From Setoptus koraiensis (Eukaryota > Animalia > Arthropoda), in contig CM106586.1 in assembly GCA_048013815.1 (NCBI GenBank), forward strand, positions 5,580,001 through 5,644,000: a DNA stretch of 64,000 nt. Direction: 5' to 3'. The translations under genes and the position numbers were made by a program. Position 1 is the first letter of the stretch. Every line of letters starts with the position of its first letter. Below, one piece after another: positions 47,414-58,739 of this stretch. A model generated the notes under the pieces. It did no database searches. It was not told the origin of the DNA and saw only the letters and a list, made by a program, of their open reading frames with translations.

Positions 47414-48194
47414 TATGAACGATACCACTACCTCTAAAACTTCTTTTTCGCCGTTTTGTTCCACGTCGCCATGGCCAAATCATCACACAAATAAGAACAC
47501 TCACCACAAAAAGAATATAGAACCCCAAAAAGAGTAGATATATGTATATATACCATGATACCAATGTATCAACACAAAATGACACATTCTTTCTTTCGGC
47601 GTTCGTGCGTGAGAATTGGAGATTAACAATAAATTAGTTATTGATTAGTTAGAGGAACACTCGAGCTATAAAATTGTCCAATTAGAATGTTTGATTATTA
47701 CTCAGTAATACCCGCTCTAGGTATTTCTCTCTTGATATTCTTACCCGAGTGATTCAAAACCGCCCGGCACGAGACTATAACGAGAATAGCCGTTATTTTT
47801 GGTGCATACAAGTAAGTGCAATCCTTATAAGGCAAAGGAATTTGTTTGACTGTCTGTTTGTTTGTCCATTATTCTGTTCTTTTGGTCTTTGTGTTACAAT
47901 TTCGTTGCCAAATATTAGCGTCTGCACCTGTTCGAATCACAAGTCAGTTTATTCATATAAATAACACTCCAGAGTTCCGATCGAACTTGCGGTTGATTTG
48001 CCTGTCTTGTCAAGTCGCTTGTCGTTATCATTCCCTAGACGCCACCAGAGAGTACGATCATAAACGACCAAAATTAATCTTTCCAATTCGAAAAGTCATA
48101 ATAGAGAGTAAGTCATAGCAAAAGCGGTATACAGAATAATAAATAATAGCAAACAAATAATAATAATAATAAACAAGGGGCCAAACAAGATAAC

Positions 48195-48482
48195 ATGGCT
48201 TCCCAACACAACAACAACTACAATGTTGACATATCTGCAACCGCGAGTGACGAGGCCAACAAGTCTGGCACTGACTCTAACTCTGACCAAACCAGCCCGA
48301 CAAAACTGAATACGTCGCTCGAGAACAAAGCTGGTGAGCTGGCCAAGGTCGGAGCCGGAGGAAACGTAAGAGACAATCCCAATCAAATGGATCATATTCA
48401 ACAGAACAAGATGTCGAATGAGGATCACCGACAACAAAAACGACACGGCGAATTCATCGATAGATTCCATAGCGAATCGTGA
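48195..48482 (+). CDS. Small hydrophilic, probably disordered orphan protein (95 aa)
   Basis: Good ATG context (aacATGG), coding-like composition, and an upstream candidate non-coding exon donor (caagtaagt near 47811). No recognisable family. Confidence 0.45.
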   Translation: MASQHNNNYNVDISATASDEANKSGTDSNSDQTSPTKLNTSLENKAGELAKVGAGGNVRDNPNQMDHIQQNKMSNEDHRQQKRHGEFIDRFHSES

Positions 48483-49090
48483 TTGGTGTTGACACAAAAC
48501 CAGTCTAGCACCAGATACTACCTAGAATTACTAGGTGTTGGCCAGACTGCATTCGATACCGGCTACCATGAAAATCTGCGCTAGTCATATCTAATCAAAA
48601 CCAGTTGTTATTAATATCAACTTGCGGTCTTTTAACAATAAAATCTCAGAGTGCATTCCGACTATTTTGAAGCTTGTTGAGATTTTTTCACTTATTTCTC
48701 CTTGGTAGTACACTGATTTTTTCTGGCATTCACTTCCGCCACATTCGCAGGAGCATTGAAAACTGTTCCACAGATTCCGAGGTACCCTACAAACTCATAA
48801 TATCGGAACTCGAATAATTTCCGACCGAAAGCGGCCAGGTACAATCCATTTCTTTTGTTGAAATGTATTTGGTCGAGGTAGATTACGATAGGAGTTATCT
48901 GTGGCGTCAGCGCGCCATTTATTGTATCAGTGCGCATCAATTGATGACTTTATTGCATAGTTAAAAATGAACTTTCGTATATCAATGTAATTTGATGTAT
49001 AAATCAATCATTCAAGTGGGACTAAAAAATGTTCTTTGTGCATGATTTTGATTTGATTTTTGTTCAACGCGACATCCATAATAAGGAGGA

Positions 49091-51262
49091 CTATCTGAAA
49101 CCCATGGTGATTTTGTCTCCTTTGCTTATATCGCTTGTAGCCACCAAATTAAGCTTGCCATAGCTGAGTATCAATTCGGCATTTGGTTCGAGAGATCTGT
49201 CTGTCACCCTGTAAGTAGAAAAAGAGCCAATTGCCAGCTTCATATCACCAGTCCAAATATCAAACATGTTTGAGTGTGCAAAACTAAACAAATCAATGAG
49301 ACTATCGTCATCCACTAGATATTCGGGCCACATTGCCTCAATGCAGTCTAAAATGTCATAAATTGGATGTCCGTATCTCTTAGGGTAGATGTTGTAATTT
49401 TCACAAAATACTTTGTATGTAGTGTAATTTTTAACGCTCTTTGGTTGTTTGTTGACAGTGAGTCCATCAATGTAATCTGTGTGTTCAATAAAATATCTCT
49501 CATCTCTGTAACGAAAGTCAATTGATATATCGTTTCGTACACTTACATACATTCGAATGAGGTAGGCAAGTTTGGCATTTTCATCTAAAGTTAAAAAATT
49601 CTCCCTGTCCTTCCTGTAGAGAGCGCATTCAAATGATTTGTGGACAATATTGTCGGTAGTTTGGCATTCTTTAGAGCAATAATTAAATTTGCAACAGAAC
49701 GGACAATAGAATCGAGTTCTCTTTTTCTCGAATTTCTTCAAACACAAATCGCAATATTTGTTCTTGTGTTCGGGCAATAGAATATAATAGTTTGGTATCC
49801 TTTCGCGTATAATTTCGCCTTTCTTGTAGGCCATTTGCGCCACATTATATCTGTTCATATTCCTCAGGTAACCCACCAGCTCCACGGAACTCGATAGGGC
49901 CCTTGTCAATCTCAGCGTCTTGCAGCGATTGGCGTCGCGGATAATCTCTTCGTAGGATTTGAAGCAGAGCTCATCATAGTTTATGCCATCGCCTACTTGC
50001 GCTCGCGTGAATATTGCCGAAACGTTCTCCAAGTCAATGTCCATAAATTTTAAGTATTCCTGTTGTTCACCATGCCTCTGTCTTAGCACGTTCATTTTGT
50101 GCAATAGCAGCAGACTGTGTACGTTGTTGCCTCGACACGATTGCGAATAAAATTCCTGGCGCAAAACCTGATAATCTATGTTTGTTTTGGTGTGCTCAGG
50201 TAAATTACGACAAATGGCACAATCGCATGTAAAATAGTAATACAATCGCAACGCTGTGTGACTCAACACCGACGGTCTAGTCTCTAGATATTGCACGTAG
50301 AGTGTTTCACCTTTTTCTATGTTCCTCTTGGCTGTCAGATGGAGCTCGTCGCCCCCTCTAAACACAAACATGCAATTTGCGTCGCAAGAATGATCAAATA
50401 TCGTCATGGGTATGTAAAGGCCCAGTGCCATGGGTTCCTCTCTCTTGCTTTTGCCTGTTTCGTTGCAGCAAGTTTGAGTTGCAATCTCAATGGAGTTGAT
50501 TATAATCTTTGTGTAAATATCCAGCAGATCGTCAGAGTTCCAATCGTAGTTGGGCATAAGCACCAATCTGAACACATCCTTATATTGGCAAAATTTACTA
50601 ATTTTGGCATTGTATTTGTATTTGTCAACATGCGAAATAAGCTCACTGTAGTTCCTGTGATGCCCATTGAAGCATTGATAATCCTTAAATTGATAATCCT
50701 TGGTTGGTCTCGTCAATGACTTGGGACTTTTCGGACTCACGGCCTCGTCCGTTGACGATCTCACGTTCGATGCAGACTCGTCTGACTTTGGGCTTTGTTG
50801 TTTCTTTTTTGGTGGCGTCGGTTTGTCTAAATTAGTAGAATGGCGTAACATGAGATAAATTCTGGCAACCAAACGTAATGTGGCCGTACATTGATTTAAA
50901 GTATTTTTAGTGTCCTTCTTGTACATGGAGCACTCTTTGAATTTATGGGCCTCGTTCCAATCAGCCAATTGACACTCTCGGCTACAATAGAAGAACTTCT
51001 GACAGGCTTTGCATTTCTTTAGGGTGTCCACAGATTGCGATTTTAGACAGTAATCGCATACTGCTCCTTTTGATTCGCGGAATGTGGTCTTGGCAAAGGG
51101 TTTTGCTGTTGCGATCACATGATTAATTTCATAATTTTCTAAGGCCAAGGTCGGAATCTGTCTTCTTTTGGGTAGGTCACACTGAGAAGGATCTCTAATG
51201 ACTCTAGGCAGGGACAATCCCTTGGTTACACTTCGCCGGCGTGGATGCTCTGGCCTGAGCAT
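49091..51262 (-). CDS. SMYD-family protein with two tandem MYND-SET units
   Basis: MYND1 CDYC...CKAC...YCSRECQLADWNEAHKFKEC; SET1 FDHSCDANC...VQY with post-SET FTCDCAIC; MYND2 CDLC...CPFC...YCSKECQ...HKSFEC; degenerate, truncated SET2. Confidence 0.85.
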   Translation of the reverse strand: MLRPEHPRRRSVTKGLSLPRVIRDPSQCDLPKRRQIPTLALENYEINHVIATAKPFAKTTFRESKGAVCDYCLKSQSVDTLKKCKACQKFFYCSRECQLADWNEAHKFKECSMYKKDTKNTLNQCTATLRLVARIYLMLRHSTNLDKPTPPKKKQQSPKSDESASNVRSSTDEAVSPKSPKSLTRPTKDYQFKDYQCFNGHHRNYSELISHVDKYKYNAKISKFCQYKDVFRLVLMPNYDWNSDDLLDIYTKIIINSIEIATQTCCNETGKSKREEPMALGLYIPMTIFDHSCDANCMFVFRGGDELHLTAKRNIEKGETLYVQYLETRPSVLSHTALRLYYYFTCDCAICRNLPEHTKTNIDYQVLRQEFYSQSCRGNNVHSLLLLHKMNVLRQRHGEQQEYLKFMDIDLENVSAIFTRAQVGDGINYDELCFKSYEEIIRDANRCKTLRLTRALSSSVELVGYLRNMNRYNVAQMAYKKGEIIRERIPNYYILLPEHKNKYCDLCLKKFEKKRTRFYCPFCCKFNYCSKECQTTDNIVHKSFECALYRKDRENFLTLDENAKLAYLIRMYVSVRNDISIDFRYRDERYFIEHTDYIDGLTVNKQPKSVKNYTTYKVFCENYNIYPKRYGHPIYDILDCIEAMWPEYLVDDDSLIDLFSFAHSNMFDIWTGDMKLAIGSFSTYRVTDRSLEPNAELILSYGKLNLVATSDISKGDKITMGFR

Positions 51263-52619
51263 AATGACCAGTGAAGACTAGTAATGATGACTAGAATGAA
51301 GGCAAAATAATATAGTTATGATAACTAGAAGAATATATTTTTCTCTTGTATTCTCTTTCCTATGATATAAAAGCTGTTTACTGATCGTTGTTAGGTAGAA
51401 TTGTGACTCGATTGAAAGGTTGCTATGAGTGACTCCGAAGAAGCCACCACGATAAAACTGATGGAGTACAAAGTATGAGGATTTTCGTTTCTAATTGGTT
51501 GTCATTGTCACCATTTCTTATATAAACGATGTCTAACAAGTTGTATTGAGCCAGAAATCAGTGGGGTCAGTCTGAAATTGGTATTTTCTTTTTTGGGGTG
51601 TTCTCTCAGCTGGTCGAGATTAAATTTTCAAATATCTCCTCTCATGTCATATCTTCAAAACGTTAAATGACTTATTTGTACACTTTGTCTTTATTTATAT
51701 TCGATATGTAGGCGAAATGGAGACGGCATAGTTTTCGGGCATAATAAAAGCGATAAAATCGATTTTTGAGCGTGCATTTCCAGAACATTTGCGTCAACGC
51801 AAGACTGTTTTTTATTGTTCAATTTTTCTTTGTTTGCTTGTCCACTGCTGTACATTTGCAGATAATCTGCGCGAAGAGGTCCGATTCTTCGCACATACAA
51901 AATATGCGCAATCGATTGGAACACCGTGGAACATCATTTTTCTGATTCTCAAGATGCTCTACGAGCCTCAAAATTACAACCATGATAGAATTGAAATAAT
52001 TTTGAGCAACCTCATGGAAGTTGGGAGGGTTAAGAAAATAAAATTATCCTCACTGTGGTGAGCTTTGCTCCGTTCAAATACGAGCAGTCGACTCACACCA
52101 TAGGACACACGTTCCACGTTACGGCAGTTCTTTTGTTTGGAGCCATGAGACCGTTGTGAGAGTTTGGCAAATGTTATATATCGGACAATGACAGTCACAA
52201 CGATCGACTAGCTGCGAAACTAAACGGTCATCAGAGTTACGGTGAGTGTTTTTCAATTTCACTTGACCTATCAACGACTTGCAAAGTTATGGTGATGAGA
52301 AAATGTTTTGAATTCCTAAGTTTCGAGGAATTCCGTGGCCATGGAAATTCTCAATATGCACTTGTTTCTGCATCTTCCATATTGCACTCAACAACTGAGT
52401 GACAAAACAGGTGAGATAGACGCGAAGACATGATTTTATTAGAGTCGAAAACGATGTCGTTCACCTGAGCTCGGCAGTGTTCGAGTTCAGTTTTCAGTCA
52501 ATCTCATGAGTCAGTGAGAAGAAATTTTCGCTACTTTAAAATGAATATCGAATCGCATATCCAGCGATGAATGTGCTGATTTGGATCACGTGATATCGGG
52601 TCAATGATCTCACATAAGT

Positions 52620-52880
52620 TATCTGAGCGAATTCAATGGTAGAAAATGTGTAAATTGGCGACCATTACCACAACTCTATATGTAGTGGAAAATTCTTTTG
52701 GGCTTGACTGTGTATATCCGTTCCACATCAGACCATGAAATCGTCGCGGATGATGCGTGGATATTCGGCGGGTGCTCGTTGGACCAGTTTTGGTCGTCCA
52801 CAAACGGTTCGTGAAATGTGCTGTTCGAGTATTTTGTCGCCACACGGATATTCGCGCACCGAAATTTGAGTTTTGGTTTT
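52620..52880 (-). mobile_element. Possible degraded Merlin/IS1016 (ISXO2-like) transposase fragment
   Basis: Frameshifted pieces GARISVWRQN, H..FVDD/KTGPTST and GLMWNG recall the Merlin G..I.SD.WR.Y...H...FVDP.TG.HT..IEG.W motif order. Weak, recognised by eye. Confidence 0.3.
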
Positions 52881-53498
52881 CTGTTTTTTTTGTCCTGTGA
52901 ATACTGCTGTGACCGCAGTTTTTGACAGTGCCAACGGCACGCCCTCGCCGTACTTTGCTGCTAGTAGCCATTTAATAGATGAACAGAAAACTTGGTCGCT
53001 GCAACATTTTTTAAAGAGATATTAATGATCAAATGCATTGAGTCAAAGAAAATGATACTCATACCATACATGTTGCATAGTCAAGTGGTACAGCGCGACA
53101 CGCAAGGAATTTTCGAGTGACAAGTTGTCAAAAGCCTGAGATATGTTTTACTTCGCTATCACTGTCGTCGCCATCAGTTGAAACGAGACATTACACAGGG
53201 GACAGTTGTAACGAATGGATAGATGACTTCAATTAATCACTATCTACCATGGCTAGAGCATATTTACATGTTTTACTATATTGCATTGTTGCCAAAAACT
53301 AACCCACTGACACCAAGCTCTAGTTTTTTTCTGACATGAATGAATAATTTAGGAAAGTAAATTTGCGAAATTAGTTTGAATGTAACCTCAAAAATTCCAA
53401 TCAATTAAACTATTGCTACCCAAAGATTTTTCACTCCAGACTACCACTGTTATCCATTACGCACACTAGACTACACAACACTCACACCAAACCGGATA

Positions 53499-55297
53499 AT
53501 GGCTTCCATGGACAGAGATGTCATAATTGTCGGGGCCGGACTAAGCGGTGAGTATGACGTCAGCATTTGCACTCAGCAATTCCCTGATCTATATTATCAA
53601 TGGGAGACATGCTGTTGTTGTTATCGCCCATACGGGCCCAGCGATGATCCTGACAGTTAATTGAAAACATTTTATTTTCATCATCTGCATATCTAGGCCT
53701 GACGGCTGCGAAATTGCTCACAGAAAATGGGCTCAATGTTGCCGTTCTTGAGGCTCGAGATCGCGTTGGCGGACGCACATTCACGAAGAGGGACGAAAAA
53801 AAGAATTTGTGGACAGACCTTGGTGGATCGTATGTTGGTCCCACACAAGATTCCATACTGAGATTGATTGAAGAGCTGGGCTTGAAAACTTATCTAGTTG
53901 ACCAGACTAAAGATTGGGCCTACATGGCTACAACGACCACGTTGGACGACAACAACAATTACAGTTGCGACATAAAACGAAAAAAATTTAGCAATGTCGA
54001 ATCGGTGCCAGTTGGCGGGTTTATCACCCAATTAGATTTCAACAATGTTATTAGACTAATAGATGCAATGGGGCGCGAAATACCCAGCGAAGCGCCATGG
54101 AATTGTGTGAAAGCCCACGAATGGGATTCAATGACATTCAGGCAATTTATCGACAAAGTCTCTTGGACAAAAAATGTCAGAGATTTCCTGAATGATGTAC
54201 TTATTAGCACAGAGGCTTGCTGCGAATCAACAGATGCCTCTCTACTGTGGTTTTTGTGGTATATTAGCCAGTGTGGAGGATTCGGACGACTTGTGTCGGC
54301 CTCAAATGGTGCCCAAGAGCGAAAGGTAGTGGGTGGCACACAACAAATAAGTGATAGGCTGGTGGACTTGATTGGCCAGGATAAAGTTTTACTCAGCAAG
54401 CCTGTAATTCGCATAGATCAAGCAACAAACAAACCGTTGATCACCGTTACAACATTGGACGGATGTCAATATAGGGCCAAATATATTATAATGGCCATGG
54501 CGCCCCATTTGCATTTGAAGATACACTTTGAGCCAGCGTTGCCGCCCGTCAAGAATCTACTGGCCCAGCGAAGTCCCATGGGAATGGTGGCGAAAATAAT
54601 TTTGTATTATGAGAGAAACTTTTGGAAGGAACAGGGCTATTGTGGTTCGTTTTTTATCAATTCCAACGATCACTATAATTATCCCGTTGCATTGGCCTTC
54701 GACGAAACAAAACCCGACGGCAGTCATCCCTCAATAATTGGCTTTGTTACTGCTCGTTCGTGGTACGAAACGCAACATCTCACCCAAGAGGAAATGGTAT
54801 CAATAGTGGCCAGAAGTTACGCTCAAGCGACAAATTGTGACCAATTTCTCACTCCTGTGCATGTGGAATATTTCGACTGGACCCGCGAACAATATTCAGG
54901 CGGCTGCTACCCGACCTACTATTCTACTGGTGTTCTTACTAAGTTTGGTCCATTCATGAGGCAACCTTTTGGTCGGATTCATTATGCTGGTACCGAATTA
55001 GCAATCAAATGGTCAGGTTACATGGACGGAGCTGTTAGTTCTGGCAAAAGAGCCGCCAGAGAGGTACTGAGTAGAATGGGAAAATTGAATGAAAACGAAA
55101 CATGGCAATTGGAGCCGCCATCAACAATGGTACCACCAAAAGAATTCAATCATACCTGGTGGCATTTGAACTCGCCATCTATAGAGACATTGTTGAAGGT
55201 GGTCTCAGGCTCGGCCATCGTCTCGCTAGTTGCTCTACACCTATTCTTGCTCAAAGGTAGACCAATTAATTTAAACCCTTGCTCTTATTTCAGATAG
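53499..55297 (+). CDS. Flavin monoamine oxidase (MAO-A/B-like); exons 53499-53547 and 53697-55297
   Basis: DVIIVGAGLSGL, LEARDRVGGRT, DLGGSYVGPTQ, flavinylation motif SGGCY, WSGYMDGA aromatic cage, C-terminal TM anchor; phase-1 GT-AG intron. Confidence 0.93.
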
Positions 55298-55381
55298 CTG
55301 ATGCCGATTGAATAAAATAGATTGGGTTCACACCAATCAGAATCATTGTATCTACTCATTGAATCCTCTATCACAACCAAC

Positions 55382-55523
55382 CATGGTAAGCAGATTTTCA
55401 TACTTGAAATAAGCATCAACTGCAATACCGATGAAAAGAAAAACACCAGATAAAGAGAATAACATATTTACAAGGGCCAAAAAAGTTTTCAGTTGGCCAA
55501 AGTGAACATCTCGAGTGCGACAT
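55382..55523 (-). pseudogene. Frameshifted tetraspanin-like first-exon fragment
   Basis: MSHSRCSLW, then after a frame change QLKTFLALVNMLFSLSGVFLFIGIAVDAYFKYENLL. This resembles tetraspanin TM1 (conserved N and SG). No further exons found. Confidence 0.4.
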
Positions 55524-56374
55524 TCAATGTCCCACCAAGAACTTTATTTTCGTTCCATCAAGTCAGTGAGGTAGCTGCGTAGCCTCTGAACAGTTTGCTG
55601 AATAATAATTCATTGATTGGAACAATAATATTTGCTCGAATTTACTCTGTCTCAGATGAGGAACAGAAACAAGATAAAAACCTTGATGATTTAGTGGCTC
55701 AGAATATAACTATAGCCGTTACAAGTAAATTTAATTAAGTAAGTAATAAATTAATTTATTAATTATCGGCTCAATATGGTAAATTGTGACTAGTGTGGAG
55801 ATTCAACAAACAAGTTGATGACTAGCATGGGTGACGTAGTTCAAATATTATGTGAATTTTGTGACCTGTATATATCTTACTTTATCATTAGGGGATAAAA
55901 AGAAAAGATTATTTAAGAGAAAAAAAAATGTTGAAAAGCACATCAGTAACTACCGGTATGTGTATCGACTTCAGTGAGGTAATGATTGTCCATTCTTCCG
56001 GTACGTTCATAGTATTGTTGTTGTTCACGGCTTGTTTTTGTTCTCCAGGAGTAGCACGATCATCACAAACAATATACTATTGTATTTGTGTTTCTTTCTC
56101 TTCTAGCGATCTACGATTTAATTAGAGATTTTCTTTTTTGGTATTCTCATCGTTGATGGTCGTCAAGTTCAGTTAACTCAGTCATGTCAGAAATCTTGTT
56201 ACAGGATGGTTTTAACCGAACAAAGTGGATATGTGTCGCCCAATGTGATGTATGAGTGATAGTGGTGCGCTAATTGTGGTTCATTAGACATTAATTATAG
56301 AAGAATTGACGATTCTATGAGAGAGAGAGAGAGAGTAGGAGATTACCGGGATGAGATTCTCAGTTATATTCCAT

Positions 56375-56752
56375 TCATTTGTTTGTTTGTCTTCTCTTGT
56401 TGCTGGTAGTTTTGATAGTGCCTACAGTTCGTTTTTGTTTTCTTTCTTGCTCCAGCAACTTCTCAGCAAGGAAGGCCTGTTTCTCGTAGCGGCCCATGAG
56501 CGCCAATCTGAGCTTATCAAACCAATTCAATTTTACCGGCTTGCCATCGACATAGTAAACGGTTCTGGTTTTTGTTTGTGTCCTACTCTGGCCCTTTCCG
56601 TCATGTTTAGTGGTTCTAGTGCTCTCTTTGATGGTGGTAATAGTGTGAGATTGTTGTGTAACATGTTGCGGCGAATTTGTGGTCACTGTCGATGTGCTGC
56701 TTCTAACTGGAGAGCTTGTCAAAACCGTTGTCTGTTTTGTATGTCTAGCCAT
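56375..56752 (-). CDS. Small orphan protein (125 aa), Thr-rich N-terminus and basic amphipathic C-terminus
   Basis: ATG-initiated ORF with coding-like composition; no recognisable domain. Confidence 0.55.
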   Translation of the reverse strand: MARHTKQTTVLTSSPVRSSTSTVTTNSPQHVTQQSHTITTIKESTRTTKHDGKGQSRTQTKTRTVYYVDGKPVKLNWFDKLRLALMGRYEKQAFLAEKLLEQERKQKRTVGTIKTTSNKRRQTNK

Positions 56753-58276
56753 CTAATTTTTGTATATTTGCGTGATCAAATTGTTGCTCGATGATAATTA
56801 ATTATTTATCAGTTGATTTTGATTATTGTCGATTTTTTTTTCTCGAAATCTTGCAATTATTGCAATTTTATGCAAATAATCAATGCGAGAGATTTATTCT
56901 TAGGAAATATGAGACAATTTAACAATTTGAACTAGTGTACATGTGCAACCAAAATAGCTAATTCCGTTGTTATATAATGAGATTGCACAATTGAAAAACA
57001 ACACAACCGATATATATGTATATATGCTCGCAGCTAGCTCATGATACTACCACACATGACCTAATGTTTATAAGGTTTTTAGTGTGTCGCCTACTATTAT
57101 GTAACGCCATAATAATGCAAAGTTAGTTAGGGTCCATTGAAACTATCAGATGCCTCGCCACGCCAAGTAAGTCAAAAGCAGTGCTCGCACTACCATGCAT
57201 CTATCTATATCCGATGTACCATATATACTCACTTGACACACAAAGTCAAACGACGACGACGGCGCAATTTTTTCTTGTCATCCTTTAGAGTTTCAGCTCT
57301 AGAGGATGGCGACAGAAGAAGAAAGATTTCGCCCAAGTCTTTCCAAGATTGACAACACTGATATGAAAACAACAACAACAACAACAACGACGACGAAACA
57401 AACAAACTCAATACATGACTGTGTGATACCCTGCATACATATGAGGTGAGAACAAACACAAGACAATTTACATAATAATAAATCTGCACATGACATATTG
57501 GAAAGAGACGCTCGCAAAGCAACAACGAGTACATCCAGCAGCTTACAAGATCACAACTGCTAAAGTTACGCAACTAATCTTTGTATTTGTGTGAATTTAT
57601 TTAGCTATTGCTTCAACGTTTGCAGCTCATTGGAATGATAGGCTAGCGTGGTGGTGTTGACTCGCTGCAAAACTACTTCGAATGACTTTTTTTCATCATA
57701 GTTTTGTCGCATCGCGTCGAGACAAGTGGAATATCGTTAATCAATTCTCTCGCTCGCTTAGAACAATATTTGAACCATCGGCAGATGGCTCATTTAGGGT
57801 GCAATAGAGACACAAGTAGACAGAAATCAATGGATGCCATTGGACCGGTTCCGACGTATACAATCTACGATTTGCTCATGCAAATTGCCCCTAGTTATGA
57901 CTCTAGTTAGCTGTGCAAAGAGTTTGAATTTGCACTTCTCCGATGGACTTCTGCATGTCCTATCATGTGTGCTCATATTGCATTTGTACAGACTATTTCA
58001 TTAAATTTTGATCACTCTTTCAAGACAATGAGAAGGAAAATGTTCTTTGTGAGTGACTCGGATAGGTGTCATATCGATCCGAAAGAGTGTCCACATTAGG
58101 TGCATATCTGGCAAATTTACACTTGTTTTCAAGCATCGACAAACTTTGACAGATGATTAGCTCTCAGAAAATTGATCAAATGTTACACCAAATGTTACAG
58201 ATGCTGGTATTTACGTTAAATGACATTGTTGAAACTTGGTATTCCCTCAGTCTTGGGACTTCAGTTCCGAAATGGA

Positions 58277-58466
58277 ATTGATGAAATAGAACGCGAGAGG
58301 GAACAAGATAAACTCAATCAAAGTGGACCGACTGAGAAAACTCGACTATGACATAACGATCAAAGCACTGAAAAACAATGTCGAGAAATTGCGAGAGGCC
58401 AAGAAAGAGCATGCCAGCGCCATGAGAAGTCGAGCACGTTATGAACAACAAATCAAAAAATTGCTC
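58277..58466 (+). pseudogene. Isolated frameshifted fragment of a KIF21-like kinesin stalk
   Basis: IEREREQDKL, then after a frame change LRKLDYDITIKALKNNVEKLREAKKEHASAMRSRARYEQQIKKL. This parallels KIF21 ERDRVL...EYEKKL...[25 protein letters not shown]. No motor-domain exons nearby. Confidence 0.6.
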
Positions 58467-58717
58467 ATTTTAATTGGCACTCGTCTGGCACATTCGTTGG
58501 AATTTGATCTTTTTTCCATGTAATGTGTGCGTAACGTGATATTTATTATGTAATTAGTAGAGACTGAATCGAGAATTTGTCTGTAGTGAATAGAGGCAAC
58601 AAAATCTAAATTCACTGAAAGATGTTAATGCAGATGCATTTCGGGACACACTGTGTCTACATAATTAATTTCGGATCATTTGATAAAATCTGACAGGCCC
58701 TCACGAATCTAACAGAT

Positions 58718-58739
58718 TGCTAAGTTTGCAAACTTAGCA
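58718..58739. repeat. Perfect 22-bp palindrome TGCTAAGTTTGCAAACTTAGCA
   Basis: The sequence equals its own reverse complement. Confidence 0.9.

Noticed and set aside
48692-48940. 82-aa - strand ORF as a final exon of the SMYD gene
   Set aside because: The splice phases I could find do not match and it has no post-SET cysteines; left unannotated.
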